Assembly: GCF_004010195.1 (NCBI RefSeq)
Contig: NC_057750.1
Location: 8,160,084-8,224,083, forward strand
Direction: 5' to 3'
DNA length: 64,000 nt
DNA from: Chiloscyllium plagiosum
Lineage: Eukaryota
A program made the position numbers and the translations under genes. How positions within the stretch are numbered: the first letter of the stretch is position 1; each line of letters opens with the position of its first letter. Shown here one piece after another: positions 1 through 12,920 of the stretch. The notes under the pieces are model-generated. The model had not been told where the DNA came from, made no database searches, and was given only the letters and a program-made list of their open reading frames with translations.

Positions 1-384
1 AGCCTTCAGCCAACTATTTCACCCAAAAATGGATTGTTACCTCTGAAAGCATTCACTAGTTGGTAAATTAATGGCCAGCATATTAATGTGACAAAGATGT
101 CTTCATAGTATAAGTGTTGCATATATGGATCTGCTTTCGTGTTAGCAAGTCTGCTCCATACGAAACACTATGAACTGGGTCAAGCCTCTACTAGAAGTGG
201 TTCTTGTATGTAAATAGAATATTCTGTGAACAGGCATCTACCTTCTCAAATAAAATATTGTCATCCATATCATTCCATATGCCATTTATTTTTGTTAATT
301 TATATTGAGCTTCTTATTCAGATCGTTGACTGCATTAGGCTGAGAAACTCTTACTGTATAAGCTTTAGTTTGTGTAGAATGACA

Positions 385-433
385 AGTCATAGAGATGTGC
401 AGCATGGAAACAGACCCTTCGGTCTAGCTCATG
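385..433 (-). mobile_element. CR1-type LINE 3' terminal fragment
   Basis: Reverse complement of the CR1 3' end seen at 6640-6675 and 31810-31842 (GAAGGGTCTGTTTCC...CATCTCTATGAC). Confidence 0.75.
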
Positions 434-931
434 TTCAGACACAGTATAGTTTTACCCTTTTTCTCATTATTCCCGGCCCTGGAGGGAGAGAGAACAATCA
501 CCCATGTGCAAAGAGACAGGAGTTTAGTCTTCTCTGGAAGAGCAGTTTCTCAATGAACTATATAGTCATTTTGCAGGGAGGCGCATCCAGATAAGGCAAC
601 ATACATATTAATTGGATGATTGTTACAATTGTGTATCAATAGCAGAGACCAAGCCATTTAATGTTATACAATCAATGTTCTTAACCTTGTTAACTAGATT
701 CATATAATGGATATTTTTCCCCTTGTTAGCTGACCTTGCATACTGAATGCTTCCAATATTAAATTACTCTACATAATGACTGCTTTTCCACCTTGTTAAC
801 CCATTACCCTTGCCTCCAGCACCCCATTGTTAACTGTAAGTTCTTATCTGATCTGAATCATGCTCTACTGAACCTCTTGTTTCACAATACTCAGAACATA
901 ACACTTTCCCTGCCTGCTTATATCCTGTACA
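434..931 (-). mobile_element. LTR-like interspersed repeat, copy 1 (probable solo LTR, unclassified)
   Basis: Colinear similarity to 12535-12920. The minus strand starts TGTACAGG and has a TATA-like CTATATAG near 558-565. Confidence 0.45.
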
Positions 932-1189
932 CATTGTCAAGTTGAACCACCTTGTTACATTATTAATACTCAGTTTTGTATTAGTCAAAGGCAATTGGGA
1001 AAATCTCTGCAATGTTTTTACTTGAATAGAATGAACCAAGTAAATCTTAAATTCAAACCTTGCTCATCTCTTTATGGGTTTTTGTTGGAGGTTCAAAACT
1101 TGGCAGATAGAAAGCAGTGTAGGAAAATGTGAAATTATGGACTTTGGCAACAGAAATGGAAGAACTGAATATTACTTTAATAGGGGCGT

Positions 1190-2125
1190 ACTGCACGAAA
1201 CTACAATACATCCAGATTGGTGATCCTTGTTGAATCTGAAAGTGCTGCCATCCAAGTTCCAAAGGCAGTCGGATCCCACTGCATGATACACACGCACTCC
1301 TACATACCCATGCACCCATGCATACCGCCCCCCTCCTGTATGCACACGCATACATCCCCCGCACATTCTCCAACACTTGCATCCTCTTACACACACCCCA
1401 TCACACACATTTAATGAAGCTCTTGCTCACACTCATGTATATTTTATTTATATAGATGTGTATTACACACTCTACCACATGCACTCACCCACACACTCAC
1501 ATGCACACTCAATCTGTCACTCCTACATGCATACACACATAAGCTTTTGGGGTGAATTTGTTTTTCCAGAATTGCATTTTATTTTGCTCAAAAATTGCAT
1601 GAACCCTTGTAAAACTGTAAAGTTATACAGACATTTGTCACTCTGACACAGACTTCACACCTATTGTTTAAAAACCTGAGCTAACTTAATGTAATTTAAA
1701 AGCAGCTCTGGGGTTTACATATCAAAGAACAGAAACCAGCATATCCCATCATAAAAGATGAAAGTTTTAACCTAAGATTATTTATAGTATCACATCTCCA
1801 TGACACTGGACTCCTTTGGCTATAAATTCTGTGAGCATGATCTTATTCTCCACAACCACCCGTTAGAGGTCATGATTTGGAGATGCCTATGTTTGTCTGG
1901 GGTGTACAAAGTATAAAAATCACACAACACCAGGTTATAGTCCAACAGGTTTAATTGGAAGAGCTAGCTTTTGGAGCGCTGCTCCTTCATCAGGTGGTTG
2001 TGGAGTATAAGATTGTAAGACACAGAATTTATATATACTCCACAACCACCCGATGGAGGAGCAGCACTGCAAAAGCTAATACTTCCAAATAAACCTGTTG
2101 GACTATAACCTGATGTGTGTTTTTT
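1190..2125 (+). mobile_element. Penelope-like element 3' region and pseudo-LTR, with a CA-rich tract and an inverted terminal copy at 1863-2033
   Basis: The terminus ...CTCCACAACCACCYGATG(A/G)AGGAGCAGC...AAACCTGTTGGACTATAACCTG is present in both orientations, with a hammerhead-like core. CA-rich low complexity at 1285-1540. Confidence 0.65.
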
Positions 2126-2422
2126 AACTTTATTTCCCCTTATGGGAGAGTTTAGGACCAGACAATATAATCTCCAAGTAAGGGGTCAGCTATTTAAGTC
2201 TGATAAGAGGGATATTTTTCTGAGGGTGGTGAATCTTTGGAATTTTTTGCAGCAGAGAACTGTCAAGGCTAAGTTATTCAGTAATTTCAGTAAGGGAATC
2301 AAGAGTTATGGGGGAAAGGCACGAAAGTGGAGCTGAGGATTATCTGATCACCCATGATCTCTCTGAATGGTGGAATAGATGTGATGGACCAAATTCTCCC
2401 TCTGCTCCTATGTTTAATGGTT
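2125..2422 (+). mobile_element. Degenerate CR1-type LINE 3' end
   Basis: ORF2 C-terminal peptide LFPLMGEFRTR...RVVNLWN, followed by a CR1-type 3'UTR ending CTCTGCTCCTATG. Confidence 0.7.
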
Positions 2423-4857
2423 GTGTCCATGTTCTCAGGCTAAACAGATAAATGAAAACAGGTTCCTCCTTCTGTATGATACCCAGTGTTCGCATACTCT
2501 GTATATCCCTGTGTATAGTTCAGTTAAGGACAAGGTCATTGCCACTATGGTCAACAAAGGAGGTTGAGAGTTACTGGAGGGTTGCTACTTGTGAAATTGA
2601 ATCCTACCTTGAAGTATATGTTCAGCATTTGAATTGTCAATTATGAGGGTCACATCTTTGAAACTCCATTTACTGGTCTTTGGCGTCTCTTAAATTTACA
2701 TGCTCTGTTGCATGGCCTTAAAACTCCTGATTGACCTGCTGGTACCGTGTATTCTTGTCCTGGCTTGATCTCACTCAAAGCTATGTTAATATAAATTTGA
2801 GACAAATAATAAAAAGGAAGATTCATTTACAGGTATGGTAGAATTTTGTCAAATGTGGCAAGACATAGAAAGGCAAAGATCATGCAGGAGAGCAGTGAGA
2901 TTGGAGAGACTAATGAAGAGGAAAAAATTAGGTTGTCTAGTTTCCCTCAAAGAATGAAATGAAAGGCTAATCCAACTTTGGTATGTTAATTGTGAGACAT
3001 GAGTAGATGTAATTGTATTCACTTGGCGGGCAACCATCATATCTAGGATTAAGTTAAAGGCGAATCTGAAAAATTTAAGATTGCAGTCCCTGGAATTTAG
3101 AAGCTTGTGGGAGGTATGATTTGATCAAGGTTAGGAAGAGGAAAGGGTAGGATCTATTGACCTAAACTGTTTGCTAGTTGGGCAGTCCAGGCATTATTGG
3201 GCATAGCCCAAAAATAAATCTAAATTTTTGGGAGTGAAATTAAGAAACACCTGCACATAACAGATGTTAGAAGAATGCAACTCTTTTCAAATTGCGCTTA
3301 ATGCTATATCAGTAGGTAGTTTTAACTCTGATGGATTTTTATAATCCAAGTGCTGAGGAATATCCTAAAAAGGTGGATAGCTGGAGTTGGGTTGCAGGTT
3401 GGCCAAGAATTGTGGGATCAAATCAAGGGGCCAAAAGTTTTTACTCTTGTTCCTGTGGTAGGTCAGTGATTCATCAAAAGTTTGAAATTTGAACTTTTGC
3501 TTTCTGTACTTATAATTTCCTGAAAGTATGAATTTGCATTTACAGAGCTTTTGTTTTGCGGTAATGGGACATCTTGAAGTGTTCGAAGACTTTTGATTAG
3601 GCATAACTGTTCTAGAAATTTAAAAAGGGGGTCCTCAAGGGTAGTAATAACTGGATTACTCCCAGTGCTACGAGCTAGTGAGGGCAGGAATAGGAGGATA
3701 GAGCAGATGAATGCATGGCTGAGGAGCTGGTGTAAGGGAGAAGGATTCACATTTTTGGATAATTGCAATCTCTTTTGGGGTAGAAGTGACCTGTACAAGA
3801 AGGACGGATTGCACCTAAAGTGGAAGGGGACTAATATACTGGTAGGGAAACTTGCTAGAACTGCTTGGGAGAATTTAAACTAGTAAGGTGGGGGGGTGGG
3901 ACCCAGGGAGATGGTGAGGAAAGAGATCAATCTGAGACGGGTACAGTTGCGAACAGAAGTGAGTCAAACAGTCTGGGCAGGCAGGGACAAGGTAGGACTA
4001 ATAAATTAAACTGTGTTTATTCCAATGCAAGGGGCCTAACGGAGAAGGCAGATGAACTCGGCATGGTTAGGAACATGGGACTGGGATATCATAGCAAGGG
4101 ATAGAAAGGGAGGCACGAGAGGAGGGGGAGCGGCATTTTTGATCAGGGATAGCAATACAGCTGTGCTGAGGGAGGATATGCCCGGAAATACATCCAGGGA
4201 AGTTATTTGGGTGGAACTGAGAAATAAGTGGGATTGTATTATAGAACCCCCCCCCCCCCCCCCCCCCCAATAGTCAGAGGGAAATTGAGAAACAAATTTG
4301 TAAGGACATCTCAGCTATCTGTAAGAATAATAGGGTGGTTATGATAGGGGATTTTAACTTTCCAAACATCGACTGGGACTTCTATAGTGTTAAAAGTTTA
4401 GATGGAGAGGAATTTCTTAAGAGTGTACAAGACCATTTTCTGATTCAGTATGTGGATGTACCTACTAGAGAGAATGCAAAACTTGACCTACTCTTGGGAA
4501 ATAAGGCAGGGCAGGTGAATGAGGTGTCAGTGGGGGAGCACTTTGGGGCCAGCGACCATAATTCTATTCGTTTTAAAATAGTGATGGAAAAGGATAGACT
4601 AGATCTAAAAGTTGACATTCTAAATTGGAGAAAGGCCAATTTTGACGGTATTAGGCAAGAACTTTCAAAAGCTGATTGGAGGCAGATGTTTGCAGGTAAA
4701 GGGATGGCTGGAAAATGGGAAGCCTTCAGAAATGAGATCACAAGAATCCAGAGAAAGTATATCCCTGTCAGGGTGAAAGCGAAGGCTGGTAGGTATAGGG
4801 AATGCTGGATGACTAAAGAAATTGAGGGTTTGGTTAAGAAAAAGAAGGAAGCATATG

Positions 4858-4978
4858 NNNNNNNNNNNNNNNNNNNNNNNNNNNNNNNNNNNNNNNNNNN
4901 NNNNNNNNNNNNNNNNNNNNNNNNNNNNNNNNNNNNNNNNNNNNNNNNNNNNNNNNNNNNNNNNNNNNNNNNNNNNNN
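4858..4978. other. Assembly gap (121 N) inside the CR1 ORF2
   Basis: Run of N. Confidence 1.
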
Positions 4979-5484
4979 GTTGAAGGTGGATAAATCCCCA
5001 GGACCTGATCAGGTGTACCTGAGAACTCTGTGGGAAGCTAGAGAAGTGATTGCTAGTCCCTTTGCTGAGATATTTGTATCATCGATAGTCACAGGTGAGG
5101 TGCCTGAAGACGGGAGGTTGGCAAACGTGGAGCCACTGTTTAAGAAGGGCGGTAAAGACAAGCCAGGGAACTATAGACCGGTGAGCCTGACCTGGGTGGT
5201 GGGCAAGTTGTTGGAGGGAATCCTGAGGGACAAGATGTACATGTATTTGGAAAGGCAAGGACTGATTCGGGATAGTCAACATGGCTTTGTGCGTGGGAAA
5301 TCATGTCTCACAAACTTGATTGAGTTTTTTGATGAAGTAACAAAGAAGATTGAGTGCAGAGCAGTAGATGTGATCTGTATGGACTTCAGTAAGGCGTTCG
5401 ACAAGGTTCCCCCACAGAAGATTGATTAGCAAGGTTCGATCTCGTGGAATACCGGGAGAACTAGCCATTTGGATACAGAACTGG

Positions 5485-5614
5485 AGGAGAAAGTGAGGTC
5501 TGCCGATGCTGGAGATCAGAGCTGAAAATGTGTTGCTGGAAAAGCGCAGCAAGTCAGGCAGCATCCAGGGAACAGGAGAATCGACGTTTCGGGCATAAGC
5601 CCTTCTTTAGGAAT
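5485..5614 (-). mobile_element. 130-bp Penelope-like terminal element (family A) inserted into the CR1 RT
   Basis: Flanked by a 7-bp TSD GAACTGG (5478-5484, 5615-5621); removing it restores the RT segment WIQNWLKGRRQRV. Homologous to 6800-6925 and 20000-20089. Confidence 0.8.
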
Positions 5615-6769
5615 GAACTGGCTCAAAGGTAGAAGACAGAGGGTGGTGGTGGAGGGTTGTTTTTCAGACTGGAGGCCTGTGACCAGTGGAGTGCCACAAG
5701 AATCGGTGCTGGGTCCTCTACTTTTTGTCACTTACATAAATGATTTGGATGCAAGCATAAGAGGTACAGTTAGTAAGTTTGCAGATGACACCAAAATTGG
5801 AGGTGTAGTGGACAGCGAAGAGGGTTACCTCCGATTACAACAGGATCTTGACCAGATGAGCCAATAAGCTGAGAAGTGGCAGATAAATGCGAGGTGCTGC
5901 ATTTTTGGGAAAGCAAATCTTAGCAGGACTTCTACACTTAATAGTATTGTCCTAGGGAGTGTTGCTGAACAAAGAGGCCTTGTAGTGCAGGTTCATAGCT
6001 CCTTGAAAGTGGAGTTGTAGGTAGATAGCATAGTGAAGGCGGCGTTTGGTATGCTTTCCTTTATTGGTCAGGGTATTGAGTACAGGAGTTGGTAGATCAT
6101 GTTGTGGTTTCCCGGACATTGGTTAGGCCACTGTTGGAATATTGCGTGCAATTCTGGTCTTCCTATTGGAAAGATGTTGTGAAACTGAAACGGTTCAGAA
6201 AAGGTTGACAAGGATGTTGCCAGGGTTGGAGGATCTGAGCTACAGGGAGCGGCTGCACAGGCTGGGGCTGTTTTCCCTGGAGTGTTGGAGGCTGAGGGGT
6301 GACCTTTATAGAAGTTTACAAAATTATGAGGAGCATGGATTGGATAAATAGGCAAAGTCTTTTCTCTGGAGTGGGGGAGTCCAGAACTAGAGGGCATAGG
6401 TTTAGGGTGAGAGGGGAAAGATATAAAAGAGACCGAAGGGGCAACTTTTTCACACAGAGGGTGGTACGTGTATGGAATGAGCTGCCAGAGGAAGTGGTGG
6501 AGGCTAGTACAATTGCAACATTTAAAAAGGCATTAGGATGGGTATATGAATAGGAAGGGTTTGGAGGTATATGGGCCGGGTGCTGGCAGGCGGGACTAGA
6601 TTGGGTTGGGAGATCTGGTCGGCATGGGCGGGTTGGACCGAAGGGTTTGTTTCCATGCTGTACATCTCTATGACTCAATGACTCTAAGTAACGTCAACAA
6701 GTTTGCTGTGAAGACCCAGCAAGGAGCTGATTTGCATACTAGCACGGAGCTTTGCCAGATCAGAGGGGT

Positions 6770-6929
6770 GGCTGAAAATGTGTTGCTGGAAAAGCGCAGG
6801 AAGAAGGGCTTATGCCTGAAACGTCGATTCTCCTGTTCCTTGGATGCTGCCTGACCTGCTACGCTTTTCCAGCAACACATTTTCAGCTCTGATCTCCAGC
6901 ATCTGCAGTCCTCACTTTCTCCTCGAAGT
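6770..6929 (+). mobile_element. Penelope-like terminal element (family A) with a short inverted 5' segment
   Basis: 10-bp TSD TCAGAGGGGT (6760-6769, 6930-6939). 6771-6799 is an inverted copy of part of 6800-6925. Confidence 0.8.
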
Positions 6930-9599
6930 TCAGAGGGGTCACCTTGGGCCTGTGACTAATGGTATTCTTATGCTTAGGGTCAAATGATTAAACATTACTA
7001 TGTGGTAGTGACACTGCTGGCCATTTGTTTATGTAAAGAGTGAACTGCCTTGAACCATTCATGATCCTTACTCTGTATGGTTTTTGATAGCTGCTGACAC
7101 AGGCATTGAAAAACCACTCCCTGTGCTTTTGGTGAAGTTTGACTGAATGGTCCTAGAAAGATGCAGGATAATGGGAAAAACAAGATATTGACTGTCTGGG
7201 AGTATTGGCCTCCCAATGAGGTGGCATAAGCTTTAGGCTGTCTCTTCTCATTTGTGCATACTGAAAATGCATTTTGTGGAAAATGATGTGATGAGCGTGC
7301 CTATCTTATCAAATGTGAAGTGAGAGGGACTTTACGCTTACCCTCTGTGTAATCTGAGTTGCCTTAATTGCTTCCAGTGTTGTACTTGTGACTCTGCAGC
7401 AATTATAAACAATGATTGCTTACACTTTTGCAGGTATACTTTACTACTCATTCATTAGATGTAGACTTTAATTGCAATGTTATTTTTGAATGAGACACCG
7501 ATGGCTAGCAGTTTTATCCTGTGGACTATATAATTAGTCTGTGTATTCACCATAAGTTAATTTGAAAAGTGTCTTTTAATCTTTTTTTTTCCCCCACCCA
7601 CCATCCCATGGTGCTGAGAGGATACCTTTCTTAGAAGTGGAGGAGCAAGAGGCTTTGTGCAGAAGATAGCTCAATATCATTACCTGTAACTCATGACTGT
7701 CGTTTGATTTCTGAGCACAAGTGTTGTGATGAGACAAATTTTAACAAGTCTTCAATGCAAAATATAAAAAATTGTTAATGGCGTGCCCTCACCGCAGGAA
7801 TTTATTTCCCGTTTAAATCCTTAGCTCCAGCGGTTTGATGTAGTTGAATAAAGAAAGCTTTTCATAAACAAACTCCATTCATTCTAATGTGTTAAGCTAT
7901 GTTATTGAGCCTACCCTGTCTATTGACAGACAGACTTGGGATGTTTCTGATGTACACTCTGTTCAACATTGTAACACCAAAACCACCACCCCCCACCAAG
8001 TTAGTTAATCGCAATAATGATGTCACCATTCATTAAATATCCAGATATATTCCAAAGTATACTATCTGAGCAAAAATTCACAACAGATCTGTGAAGTGTT
8101 AGATTCTGAAACCAAACCTGAGAAGAAGAGATTTCTGTTCATTCTGCTACACTTTCATTCCCCACAAAGGTCTTTTTAAAAATTAATCTTAATTAAAAAT
8201 TAATATATCTGATGTCAACATTTGTACTGGAAAGGGAAATTCAAATGCTGCATAATCTGCCCACCAAACTGCACATGCTGCCCCAGTGGGAAATTGCTTA
8301 CTCACGGTGTGTCTTTTACAGTAAGTCTCTGTCAGAGTGAGACATGCAGTGGAGTGGCAATAGTTAAAGATGAACTACCTGGCACTAATTTTGCTTGAGA
8401 AAACTTCCAATATCATAAAGAATATGCAGGAAATCATGATTGGTCAAAATGTCCATTTGTTTGTTTCATTTCGTCCTCAACCTCTGATAGAAAAGGCAGC
8501 CAAACAAGCTGTTCCTTTCTTTCTATCCAGTCACTTAAAAACATTAAGGACAGCATATTAGTTGGGCCTTGTGGCCCTGCAGATACCTTTCCACCTCAGA
8601 TTTGACCACATTGATAAATTTGTGCATGTTGTATTGCTTACGTTCTAACACAGTTCCTTTCACTCACTACTTCTGCACCCTTTATCTGATACACAGGTAG
8701 GAGTTGAATTAAGCCTTATGTCTATACATCAGAACTCATTATAAATGTTTTGCATTTAGACACAGTCATCCACACAGCAAAATCCAGATCTCTAGTCACA
8801 AAGAGTTAAGTTTTTTTTCCACTAGTGAGGAAAAACTTAATACATGTTTAATGTAACATGTCAAACATGCCTGTGAGGAGGCCTGGGGCAAAGCAAGTTC
8901 CCTGCATTGTGCTGGGAATAATGGAGAGAGATGTTGGAGAGCAACAAATGCAAATCCAGTCAATAGGTACTTGCAGATTGGAAATATTAGCATTCAGAAT
9001 GCCCAGAAGAGAGAATTTTTATGCGTGCATGTGTAACTAACTGGCAAAGTAATATTATATCTCCTGTGTTTGGCCTCCAACGCGACTTAGGCAGCACTCT
9101 GGGAACTTATAGGAGGTAAGTAGTTTTGTGCAATTTTCATCAGTCTCTAAGCAGTAACGTGCTTCATAAGCTTAAGTTTTTCTTTGGTTCTCGCCGACAG
9201 CTCCCTTTTCATATGGAGGCAAATCTGAAAAAGTGCTTTCATTATTGATTCTATTCTTCCCCAGGCAGCATCCAGTTTTATGATGAACCAGTAATGTTTA
9301 AGGTGAAGTTTATTGGATGCAGAATTGGATACGGAGTAGGTTTCAAATCTGGTGCAGATTGGGTAATGACACTGTAGTCATCTACAAAGTGTATCTCATG
9401 TATGTCTCTGGTAGTCAGTTTAGTTTTGGTAGTTATGGCTGAGATTAGAGTTTATTATCTAATATCAGTGGTTTTAAAAGTATTGTTGTCAGCAAAAATT
9501 CCCTTCCCAAAGAGCCCTTCAGTTTGATTTACGGTTTATATGCCAAGTACTGCTGGACATCCATTATCTTTATATTATCAAGTAGGGTGATGGATAGAC

Positions 9600-10095
9600 C
9601 AAAAGATGGGTGCAGATGTAGGCCATTTGATTTTATTGAGGCCGCTCTGCCATTCCGTGCTCTCCTATGTGATCTGTTGATGATTAACTCCACTTTTCTG
9701 CCTTATTCCCATAACCCTTGATTTCCTTAGTGATTAAAAATCTATCTATCTCAGCCTAGAATATACGAACTGACAGCCTCAACAATGGTCTGTTACAATG
9801 AATTCCACAAATTGACTACTCTCAAAATCCTCCTCATCTCGGACTTAAGTGGATAACCTCTTACTCTGAAATTATGCCCTCAGACTGTCCCACAAGGGAA
9901 AACAAGGTCCAGAATCTGCACAGCTACCTGTCAGGCCCCCATAAATATTATATGTTTAACTAAGGTTTCTTCTCCATCATTGAGCTTTCAATGAGTACAA
10001 GTTCAACCTCCCCTTGTAAGAAATTTCCTCTAAATCCAGAAATAATTTCGAAAACTTCTCCCAGACTGCCTCCAATGCCAGTATATCTTTCCTGT
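9600..10095 (-). mobile_element. Degenerate CR1-type LINE 3' region
   Basis: Reverse-complement similarity to the CR1 3' end at 10440-10898. Confidence 0.7.
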
Positions 10096-10359
10096 AGTCA
10101 CAGAGCATAGGCTGTCCAATTAGTCTGCCCGATGGGGGAGGTGTTAATTGATAAAAGCAGAATGCTGATCTTTAGGATTCTGAGTGTAAGTTGATATAAG
10201 ATGCAATGTAAGACTTAAAAACTGATGCTCAAGAAGTGACTTGTGAGTAGTTTGAGAATTACTGTTTTCATCCACCATTAGAATGGTTAATCAGAATTGA
10301 GAGCTCCAAGTGAGGAAAATCTCTCACTTCTTTTATCATGTGTATTGACAAGTTGAGTT

Positions 10360-11360
10360 ATGGGAGATGAAGTATAATATGGATATTTGTGAGGTTATCC
10401 ACTTTGGTAGAGTGTGTTTAGAGGAGGTTCACAAGAATGGTCCCAGGAATGAAAAGCTTAAATGGGGAACTTTTGAGGACTCTGGGTTTATACTGTATGG
10501 AGATTGGAAGGTGAGAGGGCATCTAATTGAAACATACAGAACACTGAATGGCCTGGACCAAGTAGATGTTGGGATGATGCCTCCATTGGTTGGAAAGACT
10601 AGGACCTGAGGGCATATCCTTAGAGTAAAGAGAAGACCTTTTAGAATGGTAATAAGGAGAAACTTCTTCAGCGAGCAAATGGTGAATCTGTGGAATTCAT
10701 TGCCACAGAAGGCTGTGAAGGCCAGGTCATTGAGTATATTTAAGATTGAGATAAATAGATTCTTGAGTATCGAGGGGATCAAGGGTTATAGGCAGAAAGT
10801 GGGAGAATGTGGTTAAGAAATTTATCAGCCATGATTAAATGGCGGGGCAGACTCATTGGGCTGAATGAATTAATTTCTGCTCCTATGTCTTATGGTCTTA
10901 GCATCTTTTCCCCAGTGTAAGGGATTCCAAAACTATAGGGTGTAGGTTTAAGGTTAGAGGAGAAAGATTTAACAGGAACCGGAGGGGCAATGTTTTCATG
11001 CAGGGAATGATGCATTTCTGAAATGAGCTGCCAAAGGAGATGGTGGAGGTTAGTTCCATTACAACATTTAAAAGGGATCTGGATGGGTACGTGAGTAGGA
11101 AGGGCTTAGAGGGATATGGGCCAAATCCTGGCAAATGGGACTAGGTCAGATTAGGATGTCTGGTTTGCTCAGGTGAGTTGGACTGAAGGGTCTTTGCTCT
11201 GTGGATGTATGACTCTCAGAAGTTAAATATATCTCTCAGGCTAAAGGGATCCAAGGACATGGGATGAAAATGGGAACAGACTGATGAGTTGGCTGATCAG
11301 CTATGATCATATTGAATGGTAGGATGGTTGAAGCACTGCTATTGTGCTCTCCTGGAACTT
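10360..11360 (+). mobile_element. Tandem/nested CR1 3' fragments (about 10360-10898, 10900-11216, 11225-11360)
   Basis: CEVIHFGR and RGHLIETYRTLNGLD peptides; two distinct CR1 3'UTR subtypes, each with its own tail. Confidence 0.75.
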
Positions 11361-11721
11361 GATTTCTGAATTTTATGCCTTCCAGATTGGCTGCTGAGTT
11401 TCCCTTCTCTGTGTCAACAGACTGAGACGGAAGAAATGGATGGGGGTCACTGTGAAAAATTAGTCTGGGACAGGCTTGACGAACTTGCCTGTTTACTTTT
11501 CCTATCTGTCCCATCATATGTTTGTGTACTGATGACTCCTGTCCCTTTCAGCATCATACATTGCTTTTTCAACATCCATTTATGAGGTACATGAATACCC
11601 ATTTACTGTGTATTTTAAATATGTCCCCATTTAGTTTCATTTATTATTTTATTTTCTATCTATTTTACTTGTTTGTTGAGCTGACTCCTCTGAATCTATT
11701 GTCACTCAAGGTTCAGAATAT

Positions 11722-12045
11722 GTTTAGATTACATTCCCTACAGTATGGAAACAGGCCGTTAAGCCCAACAAGTCCACACCGACCCTCCGAAGAGTAATGC
11801 ACCCAGACCCATTCCCCTATCCTATACTTACCCCTGATTAATACACCTAATGCTATAGGCAATTTAGCATGGCCAATTCACCTGACCTGCACATCTTCAG
11901 TTTGTGGGAGGAAACTGAGCACCTGGAGGAAACCCACGCAGACACTGGGAGAATGTGCAAACTCCAGACAGTCGCCTGAGGCTGGAATCAAACCCAGGTC
12001 CCTCGCACTGAGGCAGCAATGCTAACCACTGAGCCACCGTACTGC
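11722..12045 (-). mobile_element. HE1-like tRNA-derived V-SINE
   Basis: Reverse complement of 55973-56284: A box, B-box-like motif, V-domain and CR1-like 3' tail. Confidence 0.85.
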
Positions 12046-12496
12046 TGTTTGGCCCATCGTGCCTCCACTGGTTTGTTAAATGAGCATCATTACCTCAAGC
12101 TAATTTCCTGTTTTCTTCCCCCAACACCCCCATCCTTACACATTCGATGCTATCTGTTATCCTGTTTCATTACAATATACTTCTGTTCCAAATTTAATTT
12201 AAACTTGCTTTCCACCTTTAAGTCAGACTTGAATATCAGCTGATATGTCGCCTATAAGGTTTTTTTTTTTAAAAGCATTGCTGCTGTTTCCTGCACTTTG
12301 ATCATTGACCTGATGCTTCCTTATGTGGCTTGATGTCAACTTTTATTTGGCAATGTTGTTCTGGGGAAACTTCAGACAGTTTATTATTATATTTTATCGT
12401 GTCTTTATGAAGCAAAGCAGTTTCTTATTTCTCCATAAGATGTAGGAGCAGACGTATGCTGTTAGACCAATCAAATCTATTCATGTTTAATGAGGT

Positions 12497-12920
12497 TGTC
12501 GTTGCGTCCCTTTCCCTATCAATCGAAGCAAACACTCAGACACGGTATGGCTCTACCTCCTTCACTTTTATTCCGGGCCTTGGAGAGAGAACGATCGCCA
12601 ATGTACACAAAGGTATGCGTTCTTGGTCTTCTCTCAACAGCAGATTCTTCTGGAATTATATAGTCACTTACAGGGAGCAACATCCAAATAAGGCAACAAC
12701 TATATTGATTGAGTGACCATTACAATAGCAAGCATCAACAGTAAAGATTAAGCCATCTGTCATTACACATTGGATGTTCTTCACCTCGTTAAACCACTAC
12801 CCTTGCCTCCAGCACCTCATTGTTTACTGCAAGTTCTTATCTGGTCAGAGACATGGTAGCTGAGCCTTTGTCAAGCAGCCCTAAACTTAACTCTCTCCCT
12901 ACCTGCTCAAACCTTATGCA
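12497..12920 (-). mobile_element. LTR-like interspersed repeat, copy 2 (probable solo LTR), inserted in a CR1 3'UTR
   Basis: The minus strand reads TGCATAAGG...CTATATAA (TATA-like, ~12657-12664)...AATAAA (12567-12572)...CAACGACA. It interrupts the CR1 3'UTR between AATGAG and CTCATTGCTTGATGTGATAAT. No clear TSD. Confidence 0.5.

Larger units (their letters stand above)
3610..6686 (+). mobile_element. 5'-truncated, inactive CR1 LINE: end of ORF1 (SGNH/GDSL esterase-like), ORF2 APE endonuclease plus reverse transcriptase, 3'UTR and short-repeat tail
   Basis: ORF1 ...LYKKDGLHL. Endonuclease GDFNFPNIDW, LDLLL, SDHNSI. RT KSPGPD, NYRPVSLT, QHGF, DFSKAFDKVP, SGVPQESVLGPLLF, KFADDTK. Frameshifts, stops and internal deletions. 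Tail CTCTATGACTCAATGACTCTA. Confidence 0.93.

Noticed and set aside
4335..5429. 364-aa ORF as a host gene or active retrotransposon
   Set aside because: It is a CR1 ORF2 fragment spanning an N gap, with frameshifts, stops and a nested insertion downstream.
6730..6737. Octamer motif ATTTGCAT as an enhancer
   Set aside because: A single 8-mer is expected by chance in 64 kb; conservation data would be needed.
9180..9445. Two acceptor-like sites and a TGATGA box-C-like motif (cryptic exon or snoRNA)
   Set aside because: No convincing donor or frame, no properly spaced box D with a terminal stem, and no recognisable homology.
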